Notes under the pieces: generated by a model | Told to the model about the DNA's origin: nothing | The model's input: the letters and a program-made list of their open reading frames with translations, nothing else | Database searches by the model: none | NCBI RefSeq assembly: GCF_009914755.1 | Contig: NC_060926.1 | Direction: 5' to 3' (one strand) | Origin: the human T2T-CHM13v2.0 reference genome, Homo sapiens | DNA: 64,000 nt | Made by a program: the position numbers and the translations under genes | In this document: positions 10,635 through 25,438 of the stretch, piece by piece | Layout of the letters: each line of letters begins with the position of its first letter | How positions within the stretch are numbered: position 1 is the stretch's first letter

Positions 10635-13504
10635 GATTGGCTGTGCAGATAGTTTTGCCTGCTTCAGGTAAAGGTAACCTTTCAGTTAGAAATGCTTTCT
10701 ATTTGTTACAGATATTCAAAGAGTGGAAGTTTTTCAACTAGTGATCCTACACAATTGAAAATAACCGAAATTGTATTTTGACCAAAGTGCATTCCCTCCC
10801 CACCCCCTACTATTATGTAAGGAGAGGGTGCTGCATCTGGTGTCTTATGTATTATACTGAAGAGTCTAAGTTGGGAAGGCTAAATATCCAATTATTTTAA
10901 TTTTTACCTGTATTGTTTTTGGAGGGAGATAAGGGAGCAGAGTATTGATGGAAAACAAGGGAAGAAGAAACTAGGGGCAGCTAGTATTCAGCCAGAAAGT
11001 AAAATTATATACATTATTGCAGCAGTAATGCATTTATAAGCTGAATAAATCAAATCTAATTTTGTGACTAGTTCTGACATGATATGAATTTAAAGAAACT
11101 ACTACCAAATTCAGTTTAATAAAAATTTTAGCACTTCTATGACCTTGAGTATTTGGATTAGGTTTAAATTAGAATCGCAGTTTTCTTCCTTTTCTTGTAA
11201 ATAGGCAAAGTAAATTTAATGTAAAAATTTGAAACTCGCTTTAATTTTTGAAAATGCAATTATTGGCAATTTTTGACCTTAGTAATTTCCATGCTGTTAC
11301 CCAGGGATCAATTTAAATAATATTCATACCCTGGATGATGCCAACCATCAGGTAAGTCTAGTCTCTTACCTGACTCTTTTGAAATATTAAGGTATTTTGA
11401 GAATGCTCTGTAATCTAATGTGTTTTTCTTTCTGTTTCAATTGAGCAGTAATTCCCTACCTTGCTTAATTCTAAAATGGACATCATATCTTCATTCTTAA
11501 ATGGAAGGTAAAATAGAGGTTACTATAGGGTTATTTTAGGGCATAAATGCCTATGGTATTGTATGTCAGTTTGGGAAGTTTGCCTTCACGCCTTCAAGTG
11601 TACAGGGAGATAGTTACTCCTTCAATGTGTGAAATGATTCTGTAGTGCCCTTCCTGCACTGAAGGGGGAAGAAGAATCTGAAACATAACACCAGAGGACT
11701 AGGTATGTTTGGAGAATTAAATAACTATTTCACAGCCAGACAACACTACAGACAGCTGCAAATAGAGAAAAGAAGGAAAACTTTTAAGATACGTGGATGT
11801 AAGCTTTCATTCTTACATCAATGGAAGTGATGATAGCAGTCAGCAGGTCAGTTCGATGCTCAGTGATAAGAAATAACAGGGTTATTTCAAGGTAAGGTAA
11901 TCAGGCTCTAAGTTGCCAAGAACAGTAATTCATGTACTTGCTGGTTTCAGTTCAGAAGTTGCATAACATTCAAATATTTCTTACCTTGTCACTTGAATAA
12001 TTCAGTGGAATTATCTTAATTTAGTGTGCTATGTTACCATTACTAAATTGGGGATGTTACATGATGGTGATCTTCAATTAAACTTAGGAATGTTGCAGAC
12101 ATTTTCTTCATCATTGACCTGTTGTTTTTCCTTTTCATAATTCAGATTTATTTGATATACCAATAAATGTTGGCTATATCACTGATCATTTTATTATTCA
12201 TAGTCTTGATAACATTATAGTTTATTATGACTCATATATAATGATTCATTGCAGCTGATAAAATGTTGTTAGGGATTGTATTGTGAGATTTTATTACTAC
12301 CAAATATATAAATTAAAATGTGGAAGTGTCTGAGTTATTGTAAGTCATGTGATTGCAAAGCATTTTTCCTGAATGGAATAATGCCTGGTGACTGGGTGGG
12401 TGCCAATCCAGGTAGCTAGATATAGAATAATACAGTCTTCACAAAATCCAGAACTCACAATATAGGGTAGGGAGGGAGGGGGCCAGGGGAAGCACCTTTC
12501 TTTGACATCTGAGGCATGTTTGACTTCTATAGTTTCCTCTCCACTAAATATAAATTGGGTGAGTTGCAAATATTTAATGGTGTTAGTACTGCTCTTCCTT
12601 CATCTGTGCCCCTACACTGCCCCCACCACCCTGCCACAACACACACACACTATGCCATCACCACATCTGTGAGCTTGGCAAGGCAGAGGAAGCTCCTTAT
12701 GGCCTGAGACCATGTACATAAAATGTAGACATTGGTGTCCTGTATTCCAGGTTGAATTTAAAACAGGTATGGGGTTTGACACAAAAATGATACTGTATAT
12801 GAAGGTTAGGTAAAATATGTATTTGAAGTGAGGCTATCAGGGTACTATGCAGGCTTTTGGGGCCTGGCCCGAAACTTGGAATGCAGTTTTTCATAGAAAC
12901 CCACAATCAGTTTACAAATAGACTTTTGAAACACTGGCTAGGTGGTATCTGAAGTTTTGGCCCATTGCAAGCTGTGTCTGAATTGCAAGCATGAGGGAAG
13001 TAAAAAGCATCCCAAATCAGAAATTAGGAGATCTGCCATTAAACCTTATTACCTTGACAAACCATTTAATGTTTGGATGATAGCTTCCTCCTTTTAAAAA
13101 TACAATTTGGATTATATTGATCTAAGTTATATTTTAGCTCAAGATTCCTGAAGTTCACAGTGGTTTTTAAAAATTTTTCTTAAGAAAAAAAAAAAGAACA
13201 AAAAACTTTTCCAAGCTTGAATATACATAATCAGCCCTGTTTCCCCTTGTACCTCAAATCATGGCAACAAGGAAGTTGAATTTCTCTTTTGAGACTTTTG
13301 AACCTTCTTCACATTCATTTTTAATTGTTTTGTTTTAAAACAATATCATTTTGGGAAGTGAGGGGAAGGGATGAAGCACATGTTTTCAAAGTCTTGCTGT
13401 CTGCCTCTACCCTAGTCTGAGATTACATATGGTAGTTTTGGCCAGGGAAAGTGCTTGGGATTTCACCTTCATACTCAGTGAGGCTCATGAAGTGTCATTA
13501 AGGT

Positions 13505-13735
13505 AGTGAGGTGTCATGATTAGCAGCCTTACTGTCAGGGTCCAATTCTGGCACTGCAACTTGCTGGCTGTGTAACCTGGCAGATTGTATAATCTCTGTG
13601 GTCCTCGTTTTGCTCATCTGTAGGATGGAGTGATAAAAGTACCCACTTCATATGGTTGTTGGGGAGATTAAATGAATTAATACATGTAAAGTGCTTACAA
13701 CAGGAACTGGTTCAGAGCCAGCGCTTAATACATTG
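13505..13735 (+). mobile_element. MIR SINE
   Basis: MIR core 'ctgtgtaacctggcag..ctcatctgtaggatgg..gagattaaatga..atgtaaagtgcttac'. Confidence 0.8.
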
Positions 13736-14324
13736 AAATAATTATTTTTACATTGTGGTGCTTTTATGATGGTTTCTGCAGCATTTACCAAATGCCAGGG
13801 AAATTATTGGCTTGCTTTCTGTGTGGGTTTTGTCAAAATGATTATGGATTTCAACAGGATATTTCAGAGAAGAAATAAACTGCTGAACAGAAACCATTGT
13901 GAGCTTGATAGTTTGCAGGACATTGTAGAAAAGAGAATCCAGCACAGTAATTAAGGGCCTTTTTAAGTAGGGAAGTTGTAGCTTCTTGCGGTAGGCAATA
14001 CTTAGAGAGGCATTAACCACCGCTAGCCAACAAGTATAGGAGAATGTATACAATTATTGCGTTTGTAATCCCAGGTAGTAGTCATTTTATAAAATGTCTT
14101 TGCTAGTCAGTACATGAATAAAGCGTTAGAAAGTGTTCATCATTTAACACCATTTGCCCAAATGCAGCTTGTAAATTAACTCTTTAAGCTGGCTTTTCTG
14201 TCTGAAAGTGATCACAGTTGAAAAAAAAAAAAAAAAGGATATTTGAAATCAGCAGGAGACTCCCAAATCAAGAAAGGCTAGAAAAGAGGAAGGGGGTTTG
14301 GAATATACATGATATAAATCAACA

Positions 14325-14490
14325 GACAGTGGTTAAATAGATATCAAGAGGCTCTAGTTCTAGTCCTGGCTTTGCCACTATGCAGGTGTGTGTCCCATGA
14401 GCACATCATGTAACTCTCGTGGGCTTTAGTTTTCTTGTCTATAAAATGAGGGAGTTGGTCTAGATGCTCTCTAGAGTCCCTCTAGTACTT
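14325..14490 (+). mobile_element. MIR3/MIR SINE
   Basis: 'gttctagtcctggctttgccact..ctataaaatgagggagttggtctagatg'. Confidence 0.7.
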
Positions 14491-17194
14491 ACATTTCGCA
14501 ACTCTTAGAACATCAAGCCATTACATTTTTTCCTCAGCAAGAATATGCTGTCTTCCCAAGGATTTATGACAATTTACCCTCTGGGATAAGGAGGGAAAAT
14601 TGAAGTTGTATACTTGAAATTCTCAGCTCCTGAAAATATGTGTCGCAGCCAGACAAACCTGTGACCCCTCTGTGGCTGAGTCAGTGGCTCCGTGTCTTGT
14701 GCGGTAGTGGTGAAGTGCTCCAGGAGTGAGGATCCCTGGGGCCCCTCGGGGCAGGAGCTGAGCAGTGAGCCTTTATGGAGCTGCACATCTGCAGTTTGTC
14801 ACAGCCCTGACTTCTGGGACTTACTTGTCTACAACCAGTCCCCTGTGCACATTGGAGGCTTCACCTCTGATTGAGACTACATTTTTCAGAAGTTGGATAG
14901 AAACAAGAAAGGGGATTTAGCATGGTGGTTAGAAGGGACTAGTCTTGTTACAGTGAGAAAGATCCACTTCTTACTTGCTCAGATGGTTTGATTTGTCCTC
15001 AGAGAAGTTAAACAACTGACAGAGTTGCTCCTCTGAAAACATTTTGTATGAATACTTTAGGTTCATAGGGAACTCGTCAATCCATATCTCATAGAATAGA
15101 GGGACTTTTCATTCAAGTCTAATTTTTACATATAGACAATCTACCAGTGTTCAGAAATTGTGGCAGATTTCATGAGGAGAATTTTTTACTTGGATTTGTG
15201 CTCTTCTATAAAAAGTAATTTAAAAATTCAGTGATGAAAGTTTCTCTTAGACCCTGTTCTCTTCCTTTGTGGAGAAAAAAAATCCGTATAGAACTCTAGT
15301 ATGTATTTATCTATAAAACAATTGTTTAAAAATATTGAGGTTAGCTCTTCCCCTTTGCTAATGCAATAAGGACATTATTTGCAAAGGGAAGCATTAATTA
15401 TACTACTATTGTATGCAGTATTAAATGAATTGTCAATGTCACGATCAAAATAAACCCTTGAAGAACTGGCTGTTGTTCCCATACCTTCATGAGAATTGTA
15501 AACACTCATGTAAAATAGAAACCATTATTTACCACTTTGCAGTGAAATGGATCATGTGTTCTGACACCTGTACCCTGAGTTGAGTGGGAAACAGGGACTG
15601 TTTGATGAATTAAAGGTAACTTTATTCCTGTATACCACTAGGGGTGCAAGTGAGGGGACTGTAGACAATTAGTACTTTAGATATTTGTTGGAGTCCTGCT
15701 GTGTGTGCAGTATTGTGTTTCATTTTGCATACTTATTTAAAACGATACTACTTATTTGAAATGATTCATTTTAGTTCATTTTAACCAACATTTTTTAGTC
15801 CCCTACTCCATATCAGACTGATAGGCCTTATGGCCAAAAAGATGACTTCCTCCAGGGATACTTACTGTCTGTGTTAGATTCAGTAATGGGAGTCTCGGTC
15901 TTTAAGGAATCCATGATACATTTTTCAGTCTGGTTGGGAAAGATAAGACACATGAGGTAGAGAAGATTGTCCTAGAAATGTTGGTATATAAATAAGCATG
16001 TAACATTGTTTCATAAGTATTAAGGATGAGCTATAAAATAACTAGGTTGTAGCTCATACTTCTACTTGCTTAATTGTGTATTACATGATAAATTACCCGA
16101 TTCTAGAGATATGCACTAACCACTCTCATTAGCTTTCTTTGGGAAAAGTCTGCACCAAAGATAAATAGTGATTTCAAAATAAGTTTTAATCATGAACTTG
16201 ATTATTTTGGCTGTATCTCTTGAAACACTTTACCATATAGCCTATGTGAAATAATTAATCATAATGACAATACATGATTTATGAGAAACCATAATTTATG
16301 CTGTAAGACCTGCCATTTTATTACATTCTTATTTTTATTTTTCATGCAGCAGTATTTTCGTTTATTGTGTTTTGTGCTTTTCTTTTATTCTCTATGTAAT
16401 TTGTGTGCCTTTATAAGCCCAAACTTGCTGTTGAAAATATTCCCTCCCATTGTTATGAATAAACAGAATGTTTCAAAATCTCTCGTGATGTATGCTAGAA
16501 TAAATGGTCTCATTGAATCTTACTTTGAATCTCAGAATGATGCACTGATGGGAATTTTTCACTTACTGTCATTTTGTCGACAACTACATAAGCAGTAAGT
16601 CTGTTTAAAAAAGGCACTGACTAAGGAATCACAAAATCCAACTGGACTTCACAAGAACTATTAATACTATTAGTCTGAGACCTGTGATAAACAACTCAGA
16701 TGTTAAAGGTCTAATTCAGACTGTCAACAGATGAAAAATAAGTGTCAGTCTGAAATCTTCGGATAGTATATCGGCAAGTGTCAGTCTTCCAAAATATTAT
16801 TTAGAACTGTGAATATAATTTTTCACAGAAGCAACATTAATCCATAAATCTCCCGTCCTGTAGTGTAACTATAGTATATCAGTTCCATGGGAAAATAGTC
16901 CTGCTCTAAGCTACTCAACAGCAGGGACTTTATCTTTCTACAGGACTTAAATCTTGACCTCCAGTGGTTCTACATACCTTAAGTGAATGAATGAGTTTGA
17001 ATTCTAGTTTTGAACACCTTCACCTGCTACTCTTGGATAATCGTGTCTGTTTGTGCCTAGTACCTATCCTCTGTCCTTTTGTAAACTGGTCTGAGACCCT
17101 GATACCATTTATCCTGCATGTTTCAAAGGAAAAAACTATTTAGACTTTAAAAAAATGCTTTTCTAATACAACTTGCTAGATAAATAATTCATTA

Positions 17195-17535
<341 letters not shown>

Positions 17536-18223
17536 TTAAACAGATTGGTTCATATTCATTTTAAACTTAATTGCCTGGATTATAACCATAGTGAGATGAG
17601 TTTTCATAATGCTCTTTATCATACTACTAATAGGCACCAATCAAGCACCAAGACTAAGCTAAGCTTTGAAAGTGTGATATTGAGCAAACTTTCTGTATCT
17701 GTACCTTTTGTGAATCAGTAATATCTTTGTATACTCAGTTGAAGAGTTAAGACAGAAGTAGATATAATTTAAAGCACATGAAGTTTTTCAAAGGGGAAAT
17801 GTTACAAAAATGCTAAGGGTTATTGGTACTATAAAATTACATAAATGTTAAGAGTAACGAAACAAAATTTCATAGCTTGTTTTGACCTAGTTGGTATAGT
17901 AAGTAAACCTTTGTTTGGTCTTAATATAGTAGATAGAAATATTCTTATACATTTTGGTTGTCCCTTTCCCAACCTCACATAATCACTGTAATAAAATTTA
18001 CAGAAGGAAAGATCCTGTGTACCCTTTATATTGTTTTCCCCAGTGGTAACATCTTGAAAACTATATTACAATGTCACAACCAGGATATTAACATTGATGT
18101 AATCAAGATACACAACATTTCCATCACCACAACGCTCATCTCTCCTACTCTCATCGCCTCCTAAATCTCTGGCAACCATTCATTTTTCATTACAACTATA
18201 GTTTTGTCATTTTAAGAATGCTA

Positions 18224-18374
<151 letters not shown>

Positions 18375-18376
18375 TG

Positions 18377-18679
18377 TGGGCACGGTGGCTCGCTCCTGTA
18401 ATCTAAGCACTGTCAGAGGCTAAGATATGAAGATTACTTGAGGCCAAGAGTTCAAGACCAGCCTGAGCAACATAGCCAGACGCTGTCTCTAAAAAAAATT
18501 TTAAAAATTAGCTGCGTGCGATGGCATGTGCCTGTAGTCTCAGGTAATTGGGAAGCTGAGGTAGAAGGATTGCTTGAGCCCAGGAGGTTGAGGCTACAGT
18601 GAGTTATGATAGTGCCACTGCACTCCAACCTGGGCAATAGAGTGAAACTCTATCTCCAAAAATAAAAAAATAAAAAAAG
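18377..18679 (+). mobile_element. AluJ
   Basis: Diverged dimer with J diagnostics 'gaggccaagagttc..gcaacatagc..ggattgcttgagcccaggaggttgaggct'. Confidence 0.9.
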
Positions 18680-19561
18680 AATATTATATAAATAGATTTA
18701 TAAAGTATGTGATTTGGGATATTTTTTCCCATTTTGCATAATTCTTTGGAGATTATTCCAGGTTGCTGCGTGTATCGATAGTCTGTTCTGTTTTATAGCC
18801 AAGTAATATTCCATAATATGGATGTACCATAGTTTGCTTAACCATTCACCTGTTGTTTCCAACTTATAGCTATTACAAATAGAGTTGCTATGAATATGTA
18901 TGTACAGTTTAGCATAAGTATACTTTTCTCTGGGGGAAATGCCCAGGAATACAATTGCTGCATTGAATCATAATTTTTAAAACTTTCTTTCTACATTATG
19001 CACTGAATTATCTGAGACCTCAGTAATCCAGCCATCTTTATCAATGTGTTGGTGAATTAAAATAAAGAATTTTGTAAGGTAGATTTATAGCTTTGGTAAA
19101 TTACAAAAACTTGTCTATAAAATCAAGTCTTTTATCTTTTGTTACTGTTTTACAAATAGTACTTCCCATAAGTTTACCTTATTTTTTAGGAAAACCCCAT
19201 TGATTTTAAGTAGAATTCATGAAGTTGCTTTGTAGCTTGGCTTCAGGATTTGTTTGGTTTTGTTATATTTTTTTCTTTAGATAGCAGGCACATTTAATTT
19301 TCTATAACAATATTATATTTTAAAATGTAATCATGAATGTTGGCTCTTTCAGAATTTCACTTATATATGATCATAGGTAATATTCTTGCAAAAAAATGTT
19401 GATAGTGCACCATGTTAACAGGCAAGGTGAGGATGTAAGATGAAGACAGTATTCTCCTATGTGATTGGAATTAATCCAGTCGTTAGGTTGAAGCCAGTAA
19501 GCATACCTGATACTTTAAAAGGTGAGGATTGTTTCATTCCTAGAAGAAAAGAAATTAGACA

Positions 19562-20295
<734 letters not shown>

Positions 20296-20739
20296 TGAAA
20301 TTGCATCTGGCTAAATGAAGTCTTCGTGATTGATACTTTGGTTAGTTTTTATTAATGTCTTTTCTACCTTGAAGGTCAAATCTTTATTTTCATAGTTTAA
20401 AATACCATCAGATTACTTAACAAGCTTTATACTTTGTTCAGTATTACTTTTATGTTCATTCTAATATTTTTATTATCAATACTTCAGTCTTCCAGAATCC
20501 TAGCTGAGAAGGTAAGTGTTGACTGTACAATCAGTCCTAAAATATAGCTATACAGTAACATTCATTTTTAATATGGTGCTTTTAAGGATTTGATCCATTT
20601 TCTGTATTTGAATGATATAACCTCAGCACTATTTACTTTCACAGAAATATGATCCTCCCAATAAGTTGTGTATTTCCTGAAGGTTTTTCTGTGATTACCT
20701 GTTATGTCCTTCTCTGCCTGGTGAGCCCTTGTTTTTCTT

Positions 20740-21020
20740 CTTCAGGGTCTAACTCAATGACCCCTCTTTAATGAAGCCTTCCCTGGCCCTTCGCTCTGCC
20801 CAACTCCAGATTTCAACCTTCCCACCTGTGCTTGTCATCACTTTGCACATAACTCTGCTTTGAACACTTGTCACATTGTGAATAGTTTCTGTGTCTGTTT
20901 CCTGGCTATTTGAGCTCTCAGCAGGTTAGAACTGTGTCATAGCCATCACTGTAATTCTCTCATGTAGCAGTATTCCTAACATATAGTAAGCAACGATGCT
21001 TTCTTTGAGTGAATGAATAA
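20740..21020 (+). mobile_element. L2 3' end
   Basis: 'atgaagccttccctg..gagctct..gcag..actgtgtc..catatagtaagc..tgagtgaatgaat'. Confidence 0.7.
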
Positions 21021-21280
21021 TTAAATACTTTGTTTACAACCTTAGTTATCCCCTTCTCTTCTAACCTTCAGTGGCTCTCCATTGTTTACCCTGCTGGATC
21101 ATATTCACATTCCCCAGCGACCTACCATATAAGGCCCGTTACAGTCAAACCTTAATTACTCTCCTTCCTGAACCCTCCACATCAGCAAGTCTAGTTTCTA
21201 CTCATTGTTCTCTGTCTCCCTCCACTCTAGGTTCACATCTTCAAAGTCCTTCAAGACCTAGTTCAAATAGATACTGTAAT

Positions 21281-21769
21281 AGTATCTAACTTTTTTGTGG
21301 TAGAAAGAAAGAAAGCGCAGAGATCCTACTCTGATGACAACAAGAACAAAAAACACAACACAATCTAATTCATTATTTTCTTCAACCCATCAGAGAGTTG
21401 AAATATCATAAACAACTAACCTGAAATCTAAGGAAGGAAAGGCATCTCCAAGGTTGGACTTGCTTACCTGGGACAGATGATGCTGGACACTAGTAAGAAG
21501 AACTGAGTTAAAAATGTTTAGCAAATTGCTAAGTGTTGAATGTGGGCAGGCAAGAGAATACAGAACCCCACAAGGCATCAGTCAGGTGGTGAATTCATAC
21601 CCCTTGAGGGCTCTTCTACATGGACCTCCCCTGATGCTAATTTTAAAAAGATTGGCCAGAGTCCTGAGAAGGCCTCCCACTGAGTGCGGGGCTGGGGAGG
21701 GGAGCAGCAACCCGAGGATGGAAAGGCAGAAAACCCCAGTCTTCCTTAGGGCACTGGTGAAAACCATTG
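21281..21769 (+). repeat. Inverted repeat, arm A
   Basis: Reverse complement of 25439-25993; core 21420-21709 has 3 mismatches in 290 bp by eye; duplicated ORFs on opposite strands in the ORF track. Confidence 0.97.
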
Positions 21770-22839
21770 AGAATGAAAATTTCTGAGAGTATTGTTAAGC
21801 CATCCCAATTTAAAAACAGCATGCTTGCTACAAACACAGCTTCAATGCCCCTTCACCCCAGCCACCAAACTAGCTCCTCAGCAAACACTCTGCACCCACC
21901 ATGAGCAGAGGAATCTCTCAGAGCCTTGGAGGTGAAGGAGAGAGAATGATGGCCCAAAACAAGGTTTTGGTTGAAAAAGTTTTAAGATAGAGTGGACTTA
22001 AGCATGGTAATGGATGGAGTGAGGAAAGCCAAAGAATAGAATTAAAAGAAATCAGGGAGTAAGGAGGATAGGTTGTAAATCACATAGCATGAATTTTCTT
22101 CCAGAATGTTTCATCAGTGTAGATGCTTAGGCGTGCAAGTTTAATTTTTGTTTAAAATGGGGGAAAAACCCTACATGAATAGATTCCTGGATTAAATTTA
22201 GTATCAGATTTAATTTTTACAGTCAAGAACAATTGGATTGTCTGCTCGTATTTTCTGGATCATGAGATCTATTCACACTGAAATGTCTAACATTTTGCTC
22301 ATTGTCAAAAAAAGCCTTCAAGTGCTGACATGAAGAATTGTGCTTTATTTCAAATTGTGCACATCACTGCAGTAGCAGAGGCTCATCACACATGAGAGAA
22401 GACATACTGGAAGTAAGATTCATCTCTTCTAGTTGATTTGACATAAGCAGTATCATCCAACTAAATATCAGTGAATGCCTGTTTTAATATTTCTCCAATC
22501 TTATTCATAGTTACAAAATCAGGACAATTTATTTCTTCTATTAAATGCCGTTTATTGAACTAAGCATTATTTCAAAGAAAAAAGAACTAGTCATTGAAAA
22601 GTAATTCCTTTTTTAGATACCTCATTAAACTTAACAATGGCATTTAAACACTTCTGATTATTGAAAAATTAAACATGCCTAAATTATTTGGTCTCATTCT
22701 ACTCATAGCCAAAATTTAAATATAGCTTATCAAGTGGTTTCTGAAAGGTATAGAGTAAAAATGCATTCTTCCTCAGCTCTTTTTCTGTACCAAAAAGCGC
22801 TATCTAGGAAGCTTAGCACAGAACTGAAAGTGAATCAAT

Positions 22840-23125
22840 AGGAAGATGTTGGTTAAAGAATATATAATTAGTTAGATTGAAAGAATGAGATCAAGGAATC
22901 TATTGCACAGCATGGTGAATATCGTTAATGATAATATATTTTTGAAATATGCTGAGAGTGGATGTTAGGGGTTCTCACCACAAAAATGACAGCTATGTTA
23001 AGTAATGCATTTGTTAATAAGCTGGATTTAACATTCCACATGTATGTATACTTCAACATCGTGCTGTACACAATAAATACATACAATTTTATCTTTTAGT
23101 TTCTAAAAAATTTAAAATCAAAATG
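22840..23125 (+). mobile_element. L1MA-type 3' end
   Basis: 'tattgcacagcatggtga..gttaat..gctgagagtggatgtta..ttctcaccacaaaaatg..aataaatacatacaatttt'. Confidence 0.8.
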
Positions 23126-23145
23126 AATTTTAAAAAGTAGAATTA

Positions 23146-23499
<354 letters not shown>

Positions 23500-23674
23500 T
23501 CAACCAAATTGGGTCAGATAGAGAAAAGGAAAAGATCTGCATACTCATTGCAACCTATGCTTTTCCTGTGAAGAAGCCAGTCATCTAATTTTTTAAAAGC
23601 AGTGAAAAAAAGGCTACAGACTATAGCATAGATTTATGTTAAATGTTACAAGCATGAAATGTTAAAATATATCC

Positions 23675-24625
23675 ATTTACAACAGAGTAAACAGACAACG
23701 TACAGAATGGGAGAAAATATTTGCAAACTATGAATCTGACAAAGGTCTAATATCCAGCATCTATAAGGAACTTAAATTTACAAGAGAAAAACAACCCTAT
23801 TTAAAAGTGGGCAAAGGACATGAACAGACACTTTTCAAAAAAGGACATCCATGTGGTCAACAAGCACGTAAAAAAAAGCTCAGTATCACTGATCATTAGA
23901 CAAATGCAAATCAAAACCACAATGAGATACCATTTCACACCAGTCAGAATGACTGTTAGTAAAAAGTCAGTAAATAACAGATGCTGGTGAGGTTGCAGAA
24001 AAAAGAGAACACTTATATACGGTTGGTGAGAGTGTATGTTAGTTCAACCATTGTGGAAAGCAGTATGGTGATTCCTCAAAGAGCTGAAAGCAGAACTACC
24101 ATTCGACCCAGCAATCCCACTACTGGGTATATACCCAGAGGAATATAAATCATTCTGCTATAAAGACACATGCACACAGATGTTCATTGCAGCACTATTC
24201 ATAGTAACAAAGATATGGAATCAACCTAAATGCCCATCAGTGGCAGATTGGATAAAGAAAATGTGGTACATATACACCGTGGAATACTATGCAGCCATAA
24301 AAATAACAAGATCCGGTCTTTTGCAAGAACATGGATGGAGCTGGAGGCTATTATCCTCAGGAAACTAACTCAGGAACAGAAACCAAATACCATATATTCT
24401 CACTTATAAGTGGGAGCTAAATGATGAGAAGTCACAGACACAAAGAAGGAAACAACCCTTGGGTCTACTTGAGGGTAGAGGGTGGGAGGAGAGAGGGGGC
24501 GGAAAAGGTAACTCTGGGGTATTGGACTTAATTCCTGGGTGATGAAATAATATGTACAACATACCCCAGCGATATAAGTTTACCTACATAACCTTCACAT
24601 GTACCCCTGAACCTAAAAGTTTAAA
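23675..24625 (+). mobile_element. 5'-truncated L1PA (older L1PA13-16-like) 3' end
   Basis: ORF2 C-terminal remnant (MFIAALF..KIWNQPKCPS..DWIKKMWYIYT.EYYAAIK); 3'UTR 'gatgaaataat.tgtacaac..gtacccctgaacctaaaa'. Confidence 0.92.
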
Positions 24626-25438
24626 ATACATATATATCCATTTAAAGCAATTCAGATTGTATCTTAGCTTATTTTTTGCTTTGAAGCTAGCTTATGAAAT
24701 TTTAAAATCAGGTAAAATTTGTGTGGCTTGCAAGGTCAGCATTAAAAAACCTAAGGAAAGGGGAGGACTCTGATTTTTCACTGGTTATGAAGCAAGGTGA
24801 TACTAAATGAATTATATTTATTATATGCATTACAGAATAAAATTTCTGTGTTTACTGGGTATTTTTTCATTTTAATTCCCAAAGTAAAACTACAACTCAA
24901 AGATGACCAGAACAATTGTTTTACTTCTTTCATCCTCATAGTCATTAACAAGTTTTAACAGAAGCTACTCGACGACAGATATTCTGCGTTTTACACGTTT
25001 GCTGCCCCTAGAGGTCTGAGCAAAGACAGAGGGAAGCTCCGAAAGTACAAGACTCTGGCTGACTTGAAGCTGCCACATAGGTGAAAACAATCGTGTCTTT
25101 CTGTAATCAGTAATGACATTTTGGGATCCCTGAGGCTCACTTGCTGTTAACGATATCACTTCTAAGACATTATAATACCAAAGCTATTAGAACCAAAAGA
25201 TCTAGGCTGTGTTGATTACTGAACCCCTGCCCACTCCTAGCATTGGGCCTCAGAAATCAGTTATTGATGAGAATTCACAGAATTACATCGGAAGTGTCAA
25301 AGTTAAGCCCAATAAAAAATTTTTAAAAAAACCATGAGATTTTAAGTGAAGGCAAGAATAATTTGACAACTGCTTGTGCATAAAATGTTTTCCGTAATTC
25401 ATTTTGGAAATGAAAATTTACTGCCTGTTTCCCATTTG

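Noticed and set aside
16715-16754. 12-bp imperfect stem-loop (ttcagactgtca..tgtcagtctgaa)
   Set aside because: Too short for a pre-miRNA and expected by chance in 64 kb.
22723-22732. 'tagcttatca' matches the start of miR-21
   Set aside because: Only 10 nt match, with no continuation and no precursor hairpin.
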